Source of the DNA: Camelus ferus
Lineage: Eukaryota
Reading direction: 5' to 3'
Assembly (NCBI RefSeq): GCF_009834535.1
Contig: NC_045696.1
Coordinates: 80,106,001-80,170,000 of the forward strand
Length of the DNA stretch: 64,000 nucleotides
Shown: positions 27,301-41,300 of the stretch, one piece after another
How the letters are laid out: each line of letters begins with the position of its first letter
How positions within the stretch are numbered: position 1 is the first letter of the stretch
The notes under the pieces: model-generated
Database searches by the model: none
What the model was told of the DNA's origin: nothing
What the model saw: only the letters and a program-made list of their open reading frames with translations
Made by a program: the position numbers and the translations under genes

Positions 27301-30300
27301 AGTTTCTGTGAAGATTGCATGTGATAATGTGTACAAAGCTTTATTGTTTGTCGTCATCATCACACATTAGTTAGTATGTAAAACACTTGGAACGGTACCT
27401 GTCACATAAGAAATATATTTGGTCCAAATCTGATTTTTGGCAATTATCTACAGTATATTCCAAAAGTAATATGCTGTTTTTTTATTTTTTATTTTCACCA
27501 TTATTCTTGTCAATCTGCTACTGCTCACAGGTTTGTGGACTTCTATACAGGTGTAGATCTTCTTCACCTGGACTGCTATTGGCCATGGCTACTGGGTTTC
27601 AATCCTGGCTTTGGCACTTAGTACTTGTGAGACTAATTGGGCAAGTTACTGAAACTCTTTAAGCTTTAGTTTCCTTATCTATAAAAGTAGGATAACAACA
27701 GTGCCTCTCTCAGGGCTTGTTACATTAATTAAATGTGATTGTGTGTATAAAAAGTCTTAGCACAGTGCTTGGTATATAGCAAGAATTAAAAACCTCTTCC
27801 TGTAGTTAAAATTTTGGAGTCCATGGGCTTAGTTTGCTGTTGGTCTAGTGGATATATGAATCGTCATCATCATCATAGCTAACTCATACTGTCTGACCAT
27901 TCTACATATATATTAACTCAGTCTTTGTAACAATCCAGTGAGGTAAGCACTATTATTTCTATATTATAAATGAAGAATTTGAGGCACAGTGGGCCTAAGT
28001 AACTTGCCCAGATCACACACTCAGAGCTGGGACTTGAATTCAAGCAGTCTGGCTTTGAAGTTAGTGCATTAAAAGCTGAAGAAATTGCATGTCTTTTAGA
28101 CTATCATTGTCTTATATCAGAGATCTTCATCAGACTCTGCCAAGGTATCAATTCATTTTAGAATAATATGCATCACCTGAAAAGAGTTCCTTAGACTTTA
28201 GGTACCTAAGGTACAGTTGGTGACATGACATTTTGTTGCATAAATTAAAGTACTTTACTTGAATTCTGTCCTGATAGTGCACTGTCTGCCACAACATGAA
28301 GGTAGTAAAGAAGCAGTTGCAAGTAGGATTGACACTTTCCTGAACAAAGGGCTTTGGATTTGTTCAAGTGATTGCCATGTGTTGGGCCCAGAGATCTGGC
28401 TTATGACTATGGAAAAGGTGACTTTGATCTCTGAAGTTATTAAAGGCAGGTGTCTTCAGCTGACCACCAATAATAAAAGAAACTCACCACGGCCTCTGTC
28501 ATTGTTTAATTGAATAATCATTAAGTGCTGGGCACTGGGGTTATAGCTACTCACAAACAAACAGGACTTGGCCTTCCTGGAGCTATAATCCCATGCCAAA
28601 AGTGTGTGGCAAATAATTATATAAAGGAAAATACAAGAAATATGGAGAAATTTGTTGGCCAGCCATTAGTCTTTGAAATCCCCTAAAGACATGAAATCCC
28701 CTGAGGAAACAGTGTTGAATGAGAAGAGAGGAGTTTTAGTGTTGGGGAGAAAAGGCAGAGCCAGCAAAGGAGACAGAGCAGTCAGAGAATAAAGGGGGGA
28801 AACAAATGTCAAAGAAACCAAAAACCAATGAAGAGCTCCACCAGTTGGGAGTGATCGACTGTGTTGAATTCCCCTAAGAAATGGGGACTCTGAGGATGGA
28901 GTTGAGCCTATCAGCTCTGCATCCCTGGTGGACCCCTCAGTGAATAAGCCACAAAACATACTCCCAGGCAACGGTGGCTTTTACATTCCTGCATCTCAAC
29001 CTGTAGCCTGTTCGTTGGAATGATTTCAAGGATGTCTGCCAAAAATAATGTTTTGATTTTGGCAGTGTTGCTACTGAGCTATCACTTATAACAGAAAACA
29101 GTGAAAATATCCTTTATAACTTGTGATTTAAAAACCTGAGAGGGAGGTTACTGATGGATATTACTGAGCTACTAAATACATTTATATATAAATATATGTG
29201 ATAGTTATAAATATGTAACTACCTAGTATATTAAAGAAGTAAATAATATGTTTAAAATATTTTTTAAAAGGGAAAGAAAAAGTAAAGAAACTCCCCTTCC
29301 CCAAAATCACTTTAAATTTGTGTTGGTTGGTTCATCTAATGTGGAAACATATTTTAAAACCTGTACTCCTACAGGCTAAATAGCTTTTCCTGTCTGCTTC
29401 CCAGTGAGGTTCACATCAGATGAGTATTAAACTTGCTTCCTTGCAGATTGCTGCCTATTAATCCTCTAGTTAGCAGCGTACCATTTAAATGCATGTGCTG
29501 TACTTCTGTCAAGGACAGTGAGCCAGTATTTCACTGGACACACAGTGTGCCTGATTCAGGTCTTAGTGGCCACAGAAACCCCTACTGACCCAAACCAATA
29601 ATTTCTCAGTCTTACTTCCTCACATGGCCAATCCAGATGGCACCATTCTTCAATTTAAATGAAAATATATCTTGGATGAAGAGAAGAACATTGTTATTGG
29701 TTATGACTACAGAAGGAACCTGTTTGGAGGTGATTTTCAATCACTTTAAAAACAGTAACATGATTCCCATAAAAGTATATTTGGGGGCAAATCATTGAAT
29801 TTAAACTGCTTTAAAAGTTAGACTTTGATTTGGGTGCAGTGGTTCTGCCATTCTCTCCCTCACCTTCCTTTTTGTTTTTTTTTTTCAATTTTAGGTTTAG
29901 CCTGGTAGCATTTTTTAGTTCTATATACTTGTGATCCTTTAAGTTGTTGCACTTAAGATTGGTTCCTATGGTTTTAGTGCATATGGGAGAGCCAGATTTA
30001 CTTAGGGTCTTTTTATAACTATTGAAATTGTGCTTAATATGTAATGTTATGCTCTGTTACACCTCTTACTCTTTCTGTTCATAGAGGAAAATAATGCATT
30101 ATCCATTCTCTAAAGTACCCATATACTTTCAACAATTTATCCATCACCCAGAAGGCGACAGACACTGCAGAGACCTTGAGGTGCTCACATTCTAGTTTGG
30201 AAAAAACAAGTAGACAACTTCAACAAAACCTACCAAGTGCTGCAGTCATGGTACGTGGTGGGTGCTATGGGAGTCCAGCAGAGGAAGCCTCTGTGCATCT

Positions 30301-33300
30301 GGGGAATTCAGGCAAAGGATCCCAGAGAAAGTGCTGGCTGAGCTGAGCCTGAAAGGATGAGAAGAAACACATCACATATATGGGGAAGGAAGGACATTCC
30401 AGGAAGAGAAAACAGCAGGTGCAAAACCCTGAGGTGGGAGAGCATGACACATACAGGGAGTTATTTCTATTTCATTTCTGAAAGGTATAGAACAGTTTGA
30501 GGGAGATCTTTATAGAACTGAGCCATGGGTGGAACTAGTCTCAGTCTTGTTAAGATATATTTCACTGTTTTAATTATGGTAACTTTAAGTAAGCTAAGAG
30601 GATTGTGAAAACACACAACCAATATATGATTTTTCAAGAATAAGTACTACTTGGTGAAATAAGCTTTAAACTACTTACTAAAAATATTCTCTGTTACAAA
30701 CCAATAGAATAGTATTTAAATTCTGGTGACCAAATACATAATTTGATTGAAAACAATGTTTTTCTATTGTTGTTTGGTTTTAGTAACTTTTTGTCTTAGA
30801 ATGACTTAAAGAAATGTTTGTTTTTCTTATTGTGTTCCTGATGTGCTGCATCAGAAAGTCTTTCCTCGATTAAAGTTTGAAACAAACACTGCAGTTGTTG
30901 GTAGCTATGGTGCCTTACTTGAGACAAAAGATTCTTGCCTGTTCATCAAAGGCGTTGGGTCTCTGGTTAGAGAGCTCTTACTTTAACCACCCAGTCCAAT
31001 TTCTGTCTCACCCCTATTTTCCTCTCTCACTCCACCCTTTTTTTTCCCCCTCCAAAGAACACACTGCTATTGGTGATCATTTCTTTAATTACTTGTAGGT
31101 GATATGTTTAAGTAATCCTTCTCCCTTGCTGGGTTGGAAGCTCTGTGAGGGGAGGGAGCAGATCTGTCGGCTTCCCTGCTGTGTACCCAGCTCCTAAAAG
31201 TACCTGGCACAAAGTAAACACTCCCATAATTGCTGAGGGGATCGATGATGAGTGATTCAGAGTTCCTGGACAGCTTCCACAATAAAGAGGGTTAGTGATA
31301 ACAACTGGACAGGAATTTTCTCTGTACATCCTACTTCTCAAATAAGGCATCATTAGTAGGACCAATCAGCAAAATGTGTTAGCTTTTGCCTTGAATTCCT
31401 GTTTCCTTTTCATGAAGAGCCCAAGTAGGAAATGATAAGGGGGAAGCTGCTTGCTTTTTCAGAAGGCGGGACCTCAGAAGCAACAATGAAAGAACACATA
31501 ATCAGCACTATTAGCACATTCAGCAATTATACTGAGCACTCATTATGTACCAGGCAGAAGGCTAGACCTAGGGGAACAAAGGTGAAGGAGATAGATCTAG
31601 AAACTCATAGTGTCAATACAGCAAGTACCAAAATAGAAACTTGAACCAAGTTCTAGAGAGCATTGAGGCAGGAGTGACGACTGACTGAGGAGTGAGTTGG
31701 ACAGGGTGTCACAGAGGAGTGGACATTTGAAATGGACACTGAAGGAAGAATTGGAATTTAGCCTCATAGGAGAAATTCCATTAATGGATGGAACCCTGCA
31801 GTTCAGCCTTCTGTATCTTTGAGGAAAGTATGCACTACATGGGCAAGACAGACAAGTTTTACCTGCAAAGGTGTGTACAGGGAAGTGGTGTGTAGGAATA
31901 TGAATAGGTAAAGGGTGTGTTAGGGCTGTAGGGGATGTCAGAAGTGGAATGTGTTCTTTAATCTCTGGCTATTTCGGCCACTTAAAAAACTTTTCCCATA
32001 GAAACATATTTCCTTTAGTAAATTAGAGGACAGAATTATTTTTTAAATACCATAACAGGTACATAATGATGCTATAGAAAACGTAGAAAACAGAAGAATT
32101 TACCTACAGTCTCACCATAACACAGTCATCATTTGCTTTTTGTTGTATTTCCTTTCAATCTCTTCTTTTTGTGTATATGTTGTCTGTCTTTTGTTAGCTG
32201 TCATATTGTACATACAATTTTATACACAAATTATTTTACTTGTCATTGTACCAGAAGGATATACCACATTATTCCTGCATGGTATTCCTTTCTCTTTGTA
32301 ATGGATGTATCAAAGAGCAGGTGCCATTTTTAACATAACTATTCCCCTATTGCCTAAACCTTAGACTGTTTAGTTTCTTGCAATTATAGGTAATGTTACA
32401 CTGAAAATATATTTGTGTCTATAATCTTTTTTGCTTTTAAGATTTTACCCTAAGAGATTCCTCCAAATTAGAACCACTAGATCAAAGAGTATAAATATTT
32501 TTGCAGATCCTGTTTCTTATTTCCAAGTTATTTTCCTATTTGTATGATTAATAGCAATATGAGGGAGTGCTGATTGTGCTATATTCTTTCCAGCATGAAC
32601 TAGTGTAATTGACTTTCTAAGCTTATTAATTTAATAGCTTAAATGGATACCTTGTTTCTTTGAAAACAGTTGGCATTCAAATATTTGCTCATTCCTTCAA
32701 TGACTACTTATTATATATATACTTTATATCAGTTCTGGGGAAAAAGTAGTAAACAAGCGTAATTCTTGCTCTCACACTGTATATTCTTACACTTAAAGAA
32801 AATTTCATTTAAAAAAATACTTGAGAGGTAAAACATTTTTGCAAAACTTATACAGCTGGTAAGCAGCTAAGAAGGGGTGTCCACCTGGTCTTTTATTTCA
32901 ATCCCTTGTTCCTTCCAATCTGCTAGACTACTCTGCAAAGGCAAAAATAGGGGCTTGTTAGCAGAGTACCTGTTCCTCCAGGTGTCTTCCTCTAAGCTTT
33001 AACCTAATGATGATGCTGTTGCTAGTACTCAGAACTTTTCTAAAACAGTTTTTTTTTTAGAAATTTCATTCCAAGCCATTGCATGAGATACTCACGAACA
33101 TCAGCCTCATTGCTTTATAGTCTCATCTTGTTTATGAACAAAATGTGGTCCCCAGCTTCATCACACACCTTGTTATCTAGAGGAACAATGGCTTTTCCAG
33201 GAATCAAATCCAACTTCAAGGAAACAGGATTTGTCCTCTTTAAGGGTATATACAAAGGAGTGCCCAAAGTCTCTGAAAGTCGTTGTAGAAAAATAGCTTA

Positions 33301-33629
33301 GTCAATATTTTTAGTCAGTTGGAACACACATGTGAACCCCCTACCTCTTTGCAAAGGTTAAGACATTTACATGCTGTGGAAGTTACTTTATTTTTCAGTT
33401 TGTGTGAGGACTGTCAGCTTCCACTCCTGCTTGAGCACCTATGGGTTACCACCAAGTGTTTGACACGTCTGTCAATTTCAAGGAGAAGGGCCAGTGACCT
33501 TCAGCACAGTCTTGGTGATAGCACTTGTCATTATAACACCCGGTTATAAACAGCCCACTTCCTGGTGTCCTTGGGGTGGGAGTGGGGGCTGAGGAAGGAG
33601 GTAGCATTTAGGCATCTTGGACCTTCTTT

Positions 33630-36355
33630 TTTTTTTTTAACATTTTTTTATTGAGTTATAGTCATTTTACAATGTATCAAATTCCAGTGTAAAGCACAAT
33701 TTTTCAGTTCTACATGAACATACCTATATTGTCACATTTTTTTCACTGTGAGTTACAAGATCTTGTGTTTATTTCCCTGTGCTATACAGTATAATCTTGT
33801 GTATCTGTTCTGTATATGCCTGTCAGTATCTACAAATTTTGAAATCCCAGTCTGCTTCTTTCCACACCCCGTCCCCTTGGCAACCACAAGTTTGTATTCT
33901 ATGTCTATGAGTCTGTTTCTGTTTTGTATTTATGTTCTTTTTTTTTTTTAAGATTCCACATATGAGTGATTTCATATGGTATTTTTCTTTCTCTTTCTAG
34001 CTTACTTCACTTAGAATGACATTCTCCAGGAACATCCATTTTGCTGCAAATGGCGTTATGTTGTCAGTTTTTATGGCTAAATAGTATTCCATTGTATAAA
34101 TATACCTCATATTCTTTATCCAGTCATCTGCTGATGGACATTTAGACTGTTTCCATGTCTTGGCTATTGTAAATAGTGCTGCTATGGACATTGGGATGCA
34201 GGTGTCATTTTGAAGTAGGGTTCCTTCTGGATATATGCACAAGAGCGAGATTCCTGGGTCATATGGTAAGTCTATTCCTAGTCTTTTGAGGAATCTCCAT
34301 ACTGTTTTCCACAGTGGCTGCACCAAACTGCATTCCCACCAGCAGTCTAGGAGTGTTCCCTTTTCACCACAGCCTCTCGAAAATTTGTCATTTGTGGACT
34401 TTTGAATGATAGCCATTCTGACTGGTGTGAGGTGATACCTCATTGTAGTTTTGATTTGCATTTCTCTGATAATTAGTGATATTGAGCATTTTTTCATGTG
34501 CCTATTGATCATTTGTATGTCTTCCTTAGAGAATTGCTTGTTTAGGTCTTTTGCCCATTTTTGGATTGGGTTGTTTGTTTTTTTCTTCTTATGTCATATG
34601 AGCTGTTTATATATTCTGGAGATCAAGCCTTTTTTGGTTTCATCGTTTGCAAAAATTTTCTCCCATTCCGTAGGTTGTCGTTTTGTTACTTAGAGTTTCC
34701 TTTGCTGTGCAGAAGCTTGTAAGTTTAACTAGGTTCCATTTGTTTATTCTTGCTTTTATTTCTATTGCATGGGTAGACTGCCCTAGGAGAATATTTTTGA
34801 GATGTATGTCAGATAATGTTTTGCCTATATTTTCTTCTAGGAGGTTTATTGTATCTTGTCTTATGTTTAAGTCCTTGATCCATTCTGAGTTTATTTTTGT
34901 GTATGGTGTAAGGGAGTGTTCTAACTTCATTGATTTACACGCTGCTGTCCAGTTTTCCCAACACTATTTGCTGAAGAGACTGTCTTTATTCCATTGTATA
35001 CTCTTGCCTCCTTTGTCAAAGATTAGTTGACCAGAAGTTTGTGGGTTCATTTCTGGGCTCTCTGTTCTGTTCCATTGGTGCGTATGTCTGTTTTTGTACC
35101 AATACCATGCTGTCTTGATTACTGTAGGTCTATAGTATTGTCTGAAGTCTTGGAGAGTTATTCCTCCAGCCTCTTTCTTTTTCTTCAGTAATGCTTTGGC
35201 AATTCTAGGTCTTTTATAGTTCCATATAAATTTTATTATGATTTGTTCTAGTTCTGCGAAATATGTCCTGGGTAATTTGATAGGGGTTGCATTCAATCTG
35301 TAGATTGCCTTGGGCAGTGTGACTATTTTAACAATATTGATTCTTCCAATCCAGGAGCATGGGATATCTTTCCATTTTTTTAAGTCTTCTTTAATTTCCT
35401 TCATCAATGTTTTATACTTTTCCATGTATAAGTCTTTCACTTCCTTGGTTCCTAGGTATTTTATTACTGTGGGTGCTGTTTTAAAGGGGATTGTTTCTTT
35501 ACTTTCTTTTTCTGTTGATTCATCGTTAGTGTAAAGAAGTGCAACTGATTTTTGAACGTTAATCCTCAGGACTGGACGGCTTCACCGGGGAATTCTCCGA
35601 AAAATACAAGGAAGAACTCATACTAGTCCTTCTCAAATTCTTCCAGAAGATTGAAATGGAGGGAATACTCCCAAATTCATTCTGTGAAGCCACCATCACC
35701 CTGATACCAAACCAAAAAAGAGAATTACAGACCAATATCACTGATGAACATAGATGCAAAAATCCTTACCAAAATATCAGCAAATAGAATCCAACAGCAC
35801 ATAAAAAAGATTATACATCACAGTCAAGTGGGGTTCATCCCAGGATCACAAGGGTGGTTCAACATATGCAAATCAATCAATGCAATACATCACATCAACA
35901 AGAGAAAGGACAAAAACCACACGATCATCTCAATAGATGCAGAAAAAGCATTTGATAAAATTCAACACCCATTTATGATAAAAACTCTCACCGAAGTGGG
36001 TATAGAGGGAACATATCTCAACATAATAAAAGCTATATATGACAGACCTACAGCCAGCACAGTACTCAACGGTGAAAAACTCTCAAAAGCTTCCCACTAA
36101 AATCTGGGACAAGACAAGGCTGCCCACTATCACCACTCCTATTCAACATAGTCTTGGAAGTCCTAGCCACAGCAATCAGGCAAGAGAGAGAAATAAAAGG
36201 GATCCAAATAGGAAAAGAAGAGGTAAAAGTGTCAGTATATGCCGATGACATGGTACTATATATAGAAAACCCTAAAAGCTCCACACAAAAACTACTAGAA
36301 CTAATCAAAGAATTCAGCAAGATAGCAGGTTACAAGACTAATGTTCAAGAATCAG
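33630..36355 (-). mobile_element. 5'-truncated, 5'-inverted (twin-primed) L1
   Basis: A poly-T tail at ~33627-33638 is followed by minus-strand L1 3' UTR and ORF2 C-terminus to ~35564 (ORFs 33997-34512, 34640-34930, 34964-35440). Plus-strand RT-domain ORF2 runs 35565-36355 (MNIDAKIL..., YADDM). The TSD TTGGACCTTCTTT is at 33617-33629 and 36356-36368. Confidence 0.93.
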
Positions 36356-36573
36356 TTGGACCTTCTTTCATATTCATATATCATATCATATCATATTATA
36401 GTCTCTTTAACACATTTTCCTTTTATTTTCTTTCTCTAACCAGTTAATTATCTCATAAAAATTAGTCTTTATCCCATTTCTTTTGTGATCTCCAAGAACG
36501 ATCATAATTGCTTCTAACAAGACAATAGGCAAATCAAGGAAAACAAAATCTGTGTGTTTTTAAGGGAAAATAA

Positions 36574-38345
36574 TTTTTTTAAATTGAAGTATGGTTGATT
36601 TACAACATTGTGTTAGTTTCAGGTATACAGCAAAGTGATTCGTGTATATGTGTGTGTGTTTGTGTGTATATATATATGTATAAATATATAAATCTGAATT
36701 ATTTTCTATTATAGGTTATTATAAGAAATTGAATACAGTTCCCTTTGTTATACAGTAAATTCTTGTTGCTTATCTGTTTTATGTATAGTAGTTTGTATCT
36801 GTTAATCTCATACTCCTAATTTATCCCTTCCCTTCCTCGCCTTCCCCTTTGGTAGCCATAAGTTTGTTTTCTATGTTTGTGAGTCTTTCTAGTTTGTATA
36901 TGATTCATTTGTATTATTTTTTAGATTCCATATATGTGATATCATATAATATTTACCTGTCTGACTTACTTCACTTAGTATTATATTTTCTAGGTCCATC
37001 CATGTTGCTGTAAAGGCAACATTTCACTCTTTTATGGCTGAGTAATATTCCATTGTGTGTATATACACATATATATGTGTGTGTATATATGTATATATAT
37101 ACATACATCTTCTGTTGATGGGCACATGGGTTTTTTCCATGTCTTGGCTATTATAAATAGTGCTGCTATGAACATTGAGTGCCATGTATCTTTTCAAATT
37201 AGAGTTTGTGTCTTTTGGGGATATATGCCCAGGACTGGGGTTGCTGGATGGTATGGTAACTCTCTTTTTAGTTAAAGACATCCATACTGTTTCCCATAGT
37301 GGCTGCATCAATTTACATTCCCACCAACAGTTTAAGAGGGTTCCCTTTTCTCCACACCCTCTCTAGCATTTATTATGTGTAGACCTTTTGATGATAGCTA
37401 TTCTGACCTGTGTGAGGTGATACCTCACTGTAGGTTTCATTTGCATTTCTCTAAGAGTGATTTTTGCACATCTTTTTGTGCTCCTGTTGGCCATCTGGAT
37501 GTCTTCTTTGGAGAAATGTCTATTTAGGTCTTCTGTCCATTTTTTTGGTTAGGTTATTTGTTTTTTTGATAATGAGTTGTATGAGCTGTTTGTATATTTT
37601 GGAAATTAAGCCCTTGTTGTTTGCATCATTTGCAAATATTTTCTCCCAGTCTGTAGGTTGTCTTTTCATTTTGTTTATGGTTTCCTTTGCTATCCAAAAG
37701 CTTTTAAGTTTGATTAGGTACCATTTACTTATTTTTGCTTTTATTTCTTTTGCCTTGGGAGATAATCTAAGAAAATATTGCTACACTTTATGTCAGAGAA
37801 TGTTTTACCTGTGTTCTCTTCTAGGAGTTTTATGGTATCATGTCTTATATTTAGGTCTTTAAACCATTCTAAGTTTACTTTTATATATGGTGTGAGGGTG
37901 TATTCTAATTTTGTTGATTTACATGTAGCTGTCCAACTTTCCCACCACCACTTGCTGAAGAGACTTTTTCTCCGTTGTATATTATTGCCTTCTTTGTTGT
38001 GAATTAATTGACTATTGGTGTGTAAGTTTATTTCTGGGCTCTCTATTCTGTCCCATTGATCCATATGTCTGTTTTTATGCCAATACCATGCTGTTCTGAT
38101 TACTGTAGCTCTGTAGTTTTGTCTGCAGTGTGGGAGGGTTATGCCTCCAGTTTTGCTCTTTTCCTCAGCATTGCTTTGGCAATTCTGGATCTTTTGTGGT
38201 TCCATTATCAATTTTAGGATTATTCTAGTTCTGTGAAAAATGTCTTAGGTATTTTGATAGGGCTCACATTAAATCTATAGATTGCTTTGGGTAGTATGGA
38301 CATTTTAACAATATTAATTCTTCCAATTCAAGAGCATGGGACATC
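36574..38345 (-). mobile_element. 5'-truncated L1 (3' ~1.8 kb), more diverged
   Basis: Minus-strand L1 3' UTR and ORF2 C-terminal fragments are present (ORF 37741-38211: GGITLP...YRATVIRTAWYWHKNRHMDQW). A TSD-like repeat TTTAAGGGAAAA lies at 36559-36570 and 38346-38357. Confidence 0.9.
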
Positions 38346-41300
38346 TTTAAGGGAAAAGAATTTTTTAAAAAGAAACAAATGCATCAGCCTGTGCAGTCTT
38401 TGGGAGGACCCGTAACTCCCATTAGACTCTCCATAATCCCAATATCCATTGTCATTGCTCTCTAATTAAACTACTTCTGTGCATCATGGTAATTTAAAAT
38501 GTAAAACGAAACCCAAAAAGTCATATATTTCTAATTTTATGTATTGGCTTTATTTATTATTGTCCAGGTTTGGGGATAGAATACTGTCAATTTTGCATAT
38601 TGTCTGTTTGAAAAAAAAGGATCTAACTTTCATAGAACAAGCTTGAGAGCTAGAGATTGATGTGTAGATACATTATTTATGGCCCACACTGCATATTAAA
38701 TATCTAAAAATTCATTGCCAATACCTGAAATTTGAAATAGCTCACACAATCTAGTATCCCTGCTTCTTTTGAAAAATCAGATCATCTGACAACACTGGGC
38801 CAGAATTTCCACATCATACGATCACCTGGGGAGCACCACAGCTTCTTCCTTATTCAGGACATTGTTTTTCCAGTTTTCCACAAGCCTCTCCACTCCCTGA
38901 TGTATTATACCTATTTTACCTATATGCATGAGCTGCTCTGGCCCCTGAAGACATGAGTTTATGACCTGTGTTCTACAGCTAAAACTCACTTAATGTTTCA
39001 TGTAATTGGCAAATATTTATTGAACAATTTTCATTTTGCACAAGTGTTCCAAATGGTTCCTGTGCTTGAATGGTTCAGAATCTATTTGGGGAAATGGGAT
39101 TTAATTGCATAGCCAGTAAAGTAATACAGGAGTATAAACCTAGACATGTCAGGAGGCGGTAAGTACATGGGTAATTTTCAGATGGGCAATGTAGTTAACG
39201 AACTGTAAACTCAGAGAAGGACTGAATGACCTTGAGAGGGTTAAGATCAAAGCTGTACTTTGAATGGTGAGTCAGAATAGCATTGCAGGGAGGCTAGGGG
39301 AAGGGGAGGGAAGATGAAAAGAATGTAAAATATGAACAAAAGCAAGTTGATAAGAATGAGCATTTTGGGGAACTGTAAGTAGGTAAGCCTGTGAGTTTGG
39401 TTGGATAAAGGAGCTGTTTATCAGAGTATGGACTGTCCCTCATCCGTGAATACTATCTGACATTCATCCTTTAATTCTTCCCATCATTGACTATTCACTC
39501 CACAATTGTTCTAGAAATACCCACACCAAAGGCAGCAAGCAGTTTGTGCAAACACTTGGCACACCTCCCTTTATGCAAAGCATGTTTTCCACTTTCTCAA
39601 AACTCCTTCTTTGTGTTACTGCTTCCTAGCCCTCCCTCCTCCAAGGTAAAATGGAGAGGAGACCTTGATTCTTGGCCAGGTAAGCTCTCTAGAATCAGCT
39701 GGGAAAACTTGGAGAAAACAAAAAGGAAGCCTAGAGAGGAAGGAAGGGCAGTTTGGACTGTACTAGCAAATTTTTTAAACGGCCCATGTTCTCCTGATCC
39801 TTTCACCTAACTAAGGCCCTCATCTGGAGAGTCTCACCCTCAAATCTCCTCCAGGACATTTTGCTCTGGACTTGTTCTTCTAATTCCCTGGAACCCCTGA
39901 GAAGGATCCTTAGGATGGCTTTGCATGCCCGTGTCCCAGTGTGTAGTGTTGCATAGAAGTTGTATAACTGAGGAAACCCAGCGCAGGCTTATGTTGAATG
40001 GAGGTAGGATCAAGCTGAAATAATATCCAGCATCCACCCTTCTCACCTCCCTTCAAAGTCATACACTGCATGAACATTTGTAGTCCCGGGAACATCCTGG
40101 GACAAAGCATATTGAGTGTACTGAAGACCAGAAAGAATTGGATCCAGCAGAGGGGAAATAACACTTAAAGGAGTAGGCCCTGGCCTGGGATTCAGAGCTG
40201 GTTTGGAGCTCTGGCTCTGGCCCCAAAATAGAGTAAGACACTGGTAAATCATCCAAATGCGGTTTCAGCTTTGATTTGTAAAACAAGAGGGCTGGACTAG
40301 GCAAGGTCTTCCCAAATCAGTTTTAAGGGATTTTAATAGATGTGAAAAGATGAAAGACTAAGCAGAGTTAAATAAATTTCTTGTTTACTACTGGGACTTG
40401 TCAGTGTCTTTAAAAACCTGATGTGCGTTGTGAATCTCTTGAGAGAAGAATTGATATGCACCATATCCCAAGCTTAGTTAATCACAGAACTTTTCACTGT
40501 CTGTCCTCTGTGCAAAATTATCTCCTCAAACTGCTGTTACATAGAAATCAGCTTGGGAAAAGCTGCTGTGTAGTTTTCTTGTCAGATCTAATATGCTCAT
40601 ATTCTAAGTATGTAAAGAGGCAACAAAAGCCTGGAAAGCCAGACGTGTCAAAGAGAGCTCAGGGATCGGGTCATCGAACACTTCTGAAAAGATTGCAGAT
40701 GGTAAGGATTTAGAGCAACGTTGTTGAAACATGGATGTTCTAGCTAAGGGATCTGGGAGGCAGATGGAACAGTTAAGTGGGAGGATGGAATTAAAACAAC
40801 AAAATAAGTATAGAGTTAAGCAATTTTGCTATGAAGGGAAAGAGAAAGAAAGCTTAGGGTCACAGAAACATTCTGAGATAAAATGAAACTTTTTTTCATA
40901 GATTCGTAGTAAAAGAACCTGGGGCTAGGACTCTGTGACCTGAATTGTAGTCTAAACACATTGGTAACTGGATGATTTGGAACTTGTCACCCCACCTCTC
41001 CAGGCATCAGTTTCCTTAACTTTCAGAGAAGACAGTCTATATGCACAGACTTTTAAGGTTTTAAAATTATATGACTTTATTGGCATCTAGTTTAAGTTAG
41101 TTGGGATTGAGCCCTTCAGAAAGGGATTTGATGAGGAAAGATGTATGAAGAAATGAGGGCTGAGACATAGATTAGAGAGAATTAGGTCACAAGAGGCCCA
41201 TTCTAAGCACCACAGGGATGGGTCTTTAATGGTACTCTATGAAACTATGAGGTCCAGCTACTGGGGTTTCTCTGCAGAATTGCACATAGACTAGATGGTA

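Noticed and set aside
33997..38211. Multiple 95-171 aa ORFs with RT- or ORF2-like sequence
   Set aside because: They are fragments of truncated, frameshifted L1 ORF2, not host genes or an active element.
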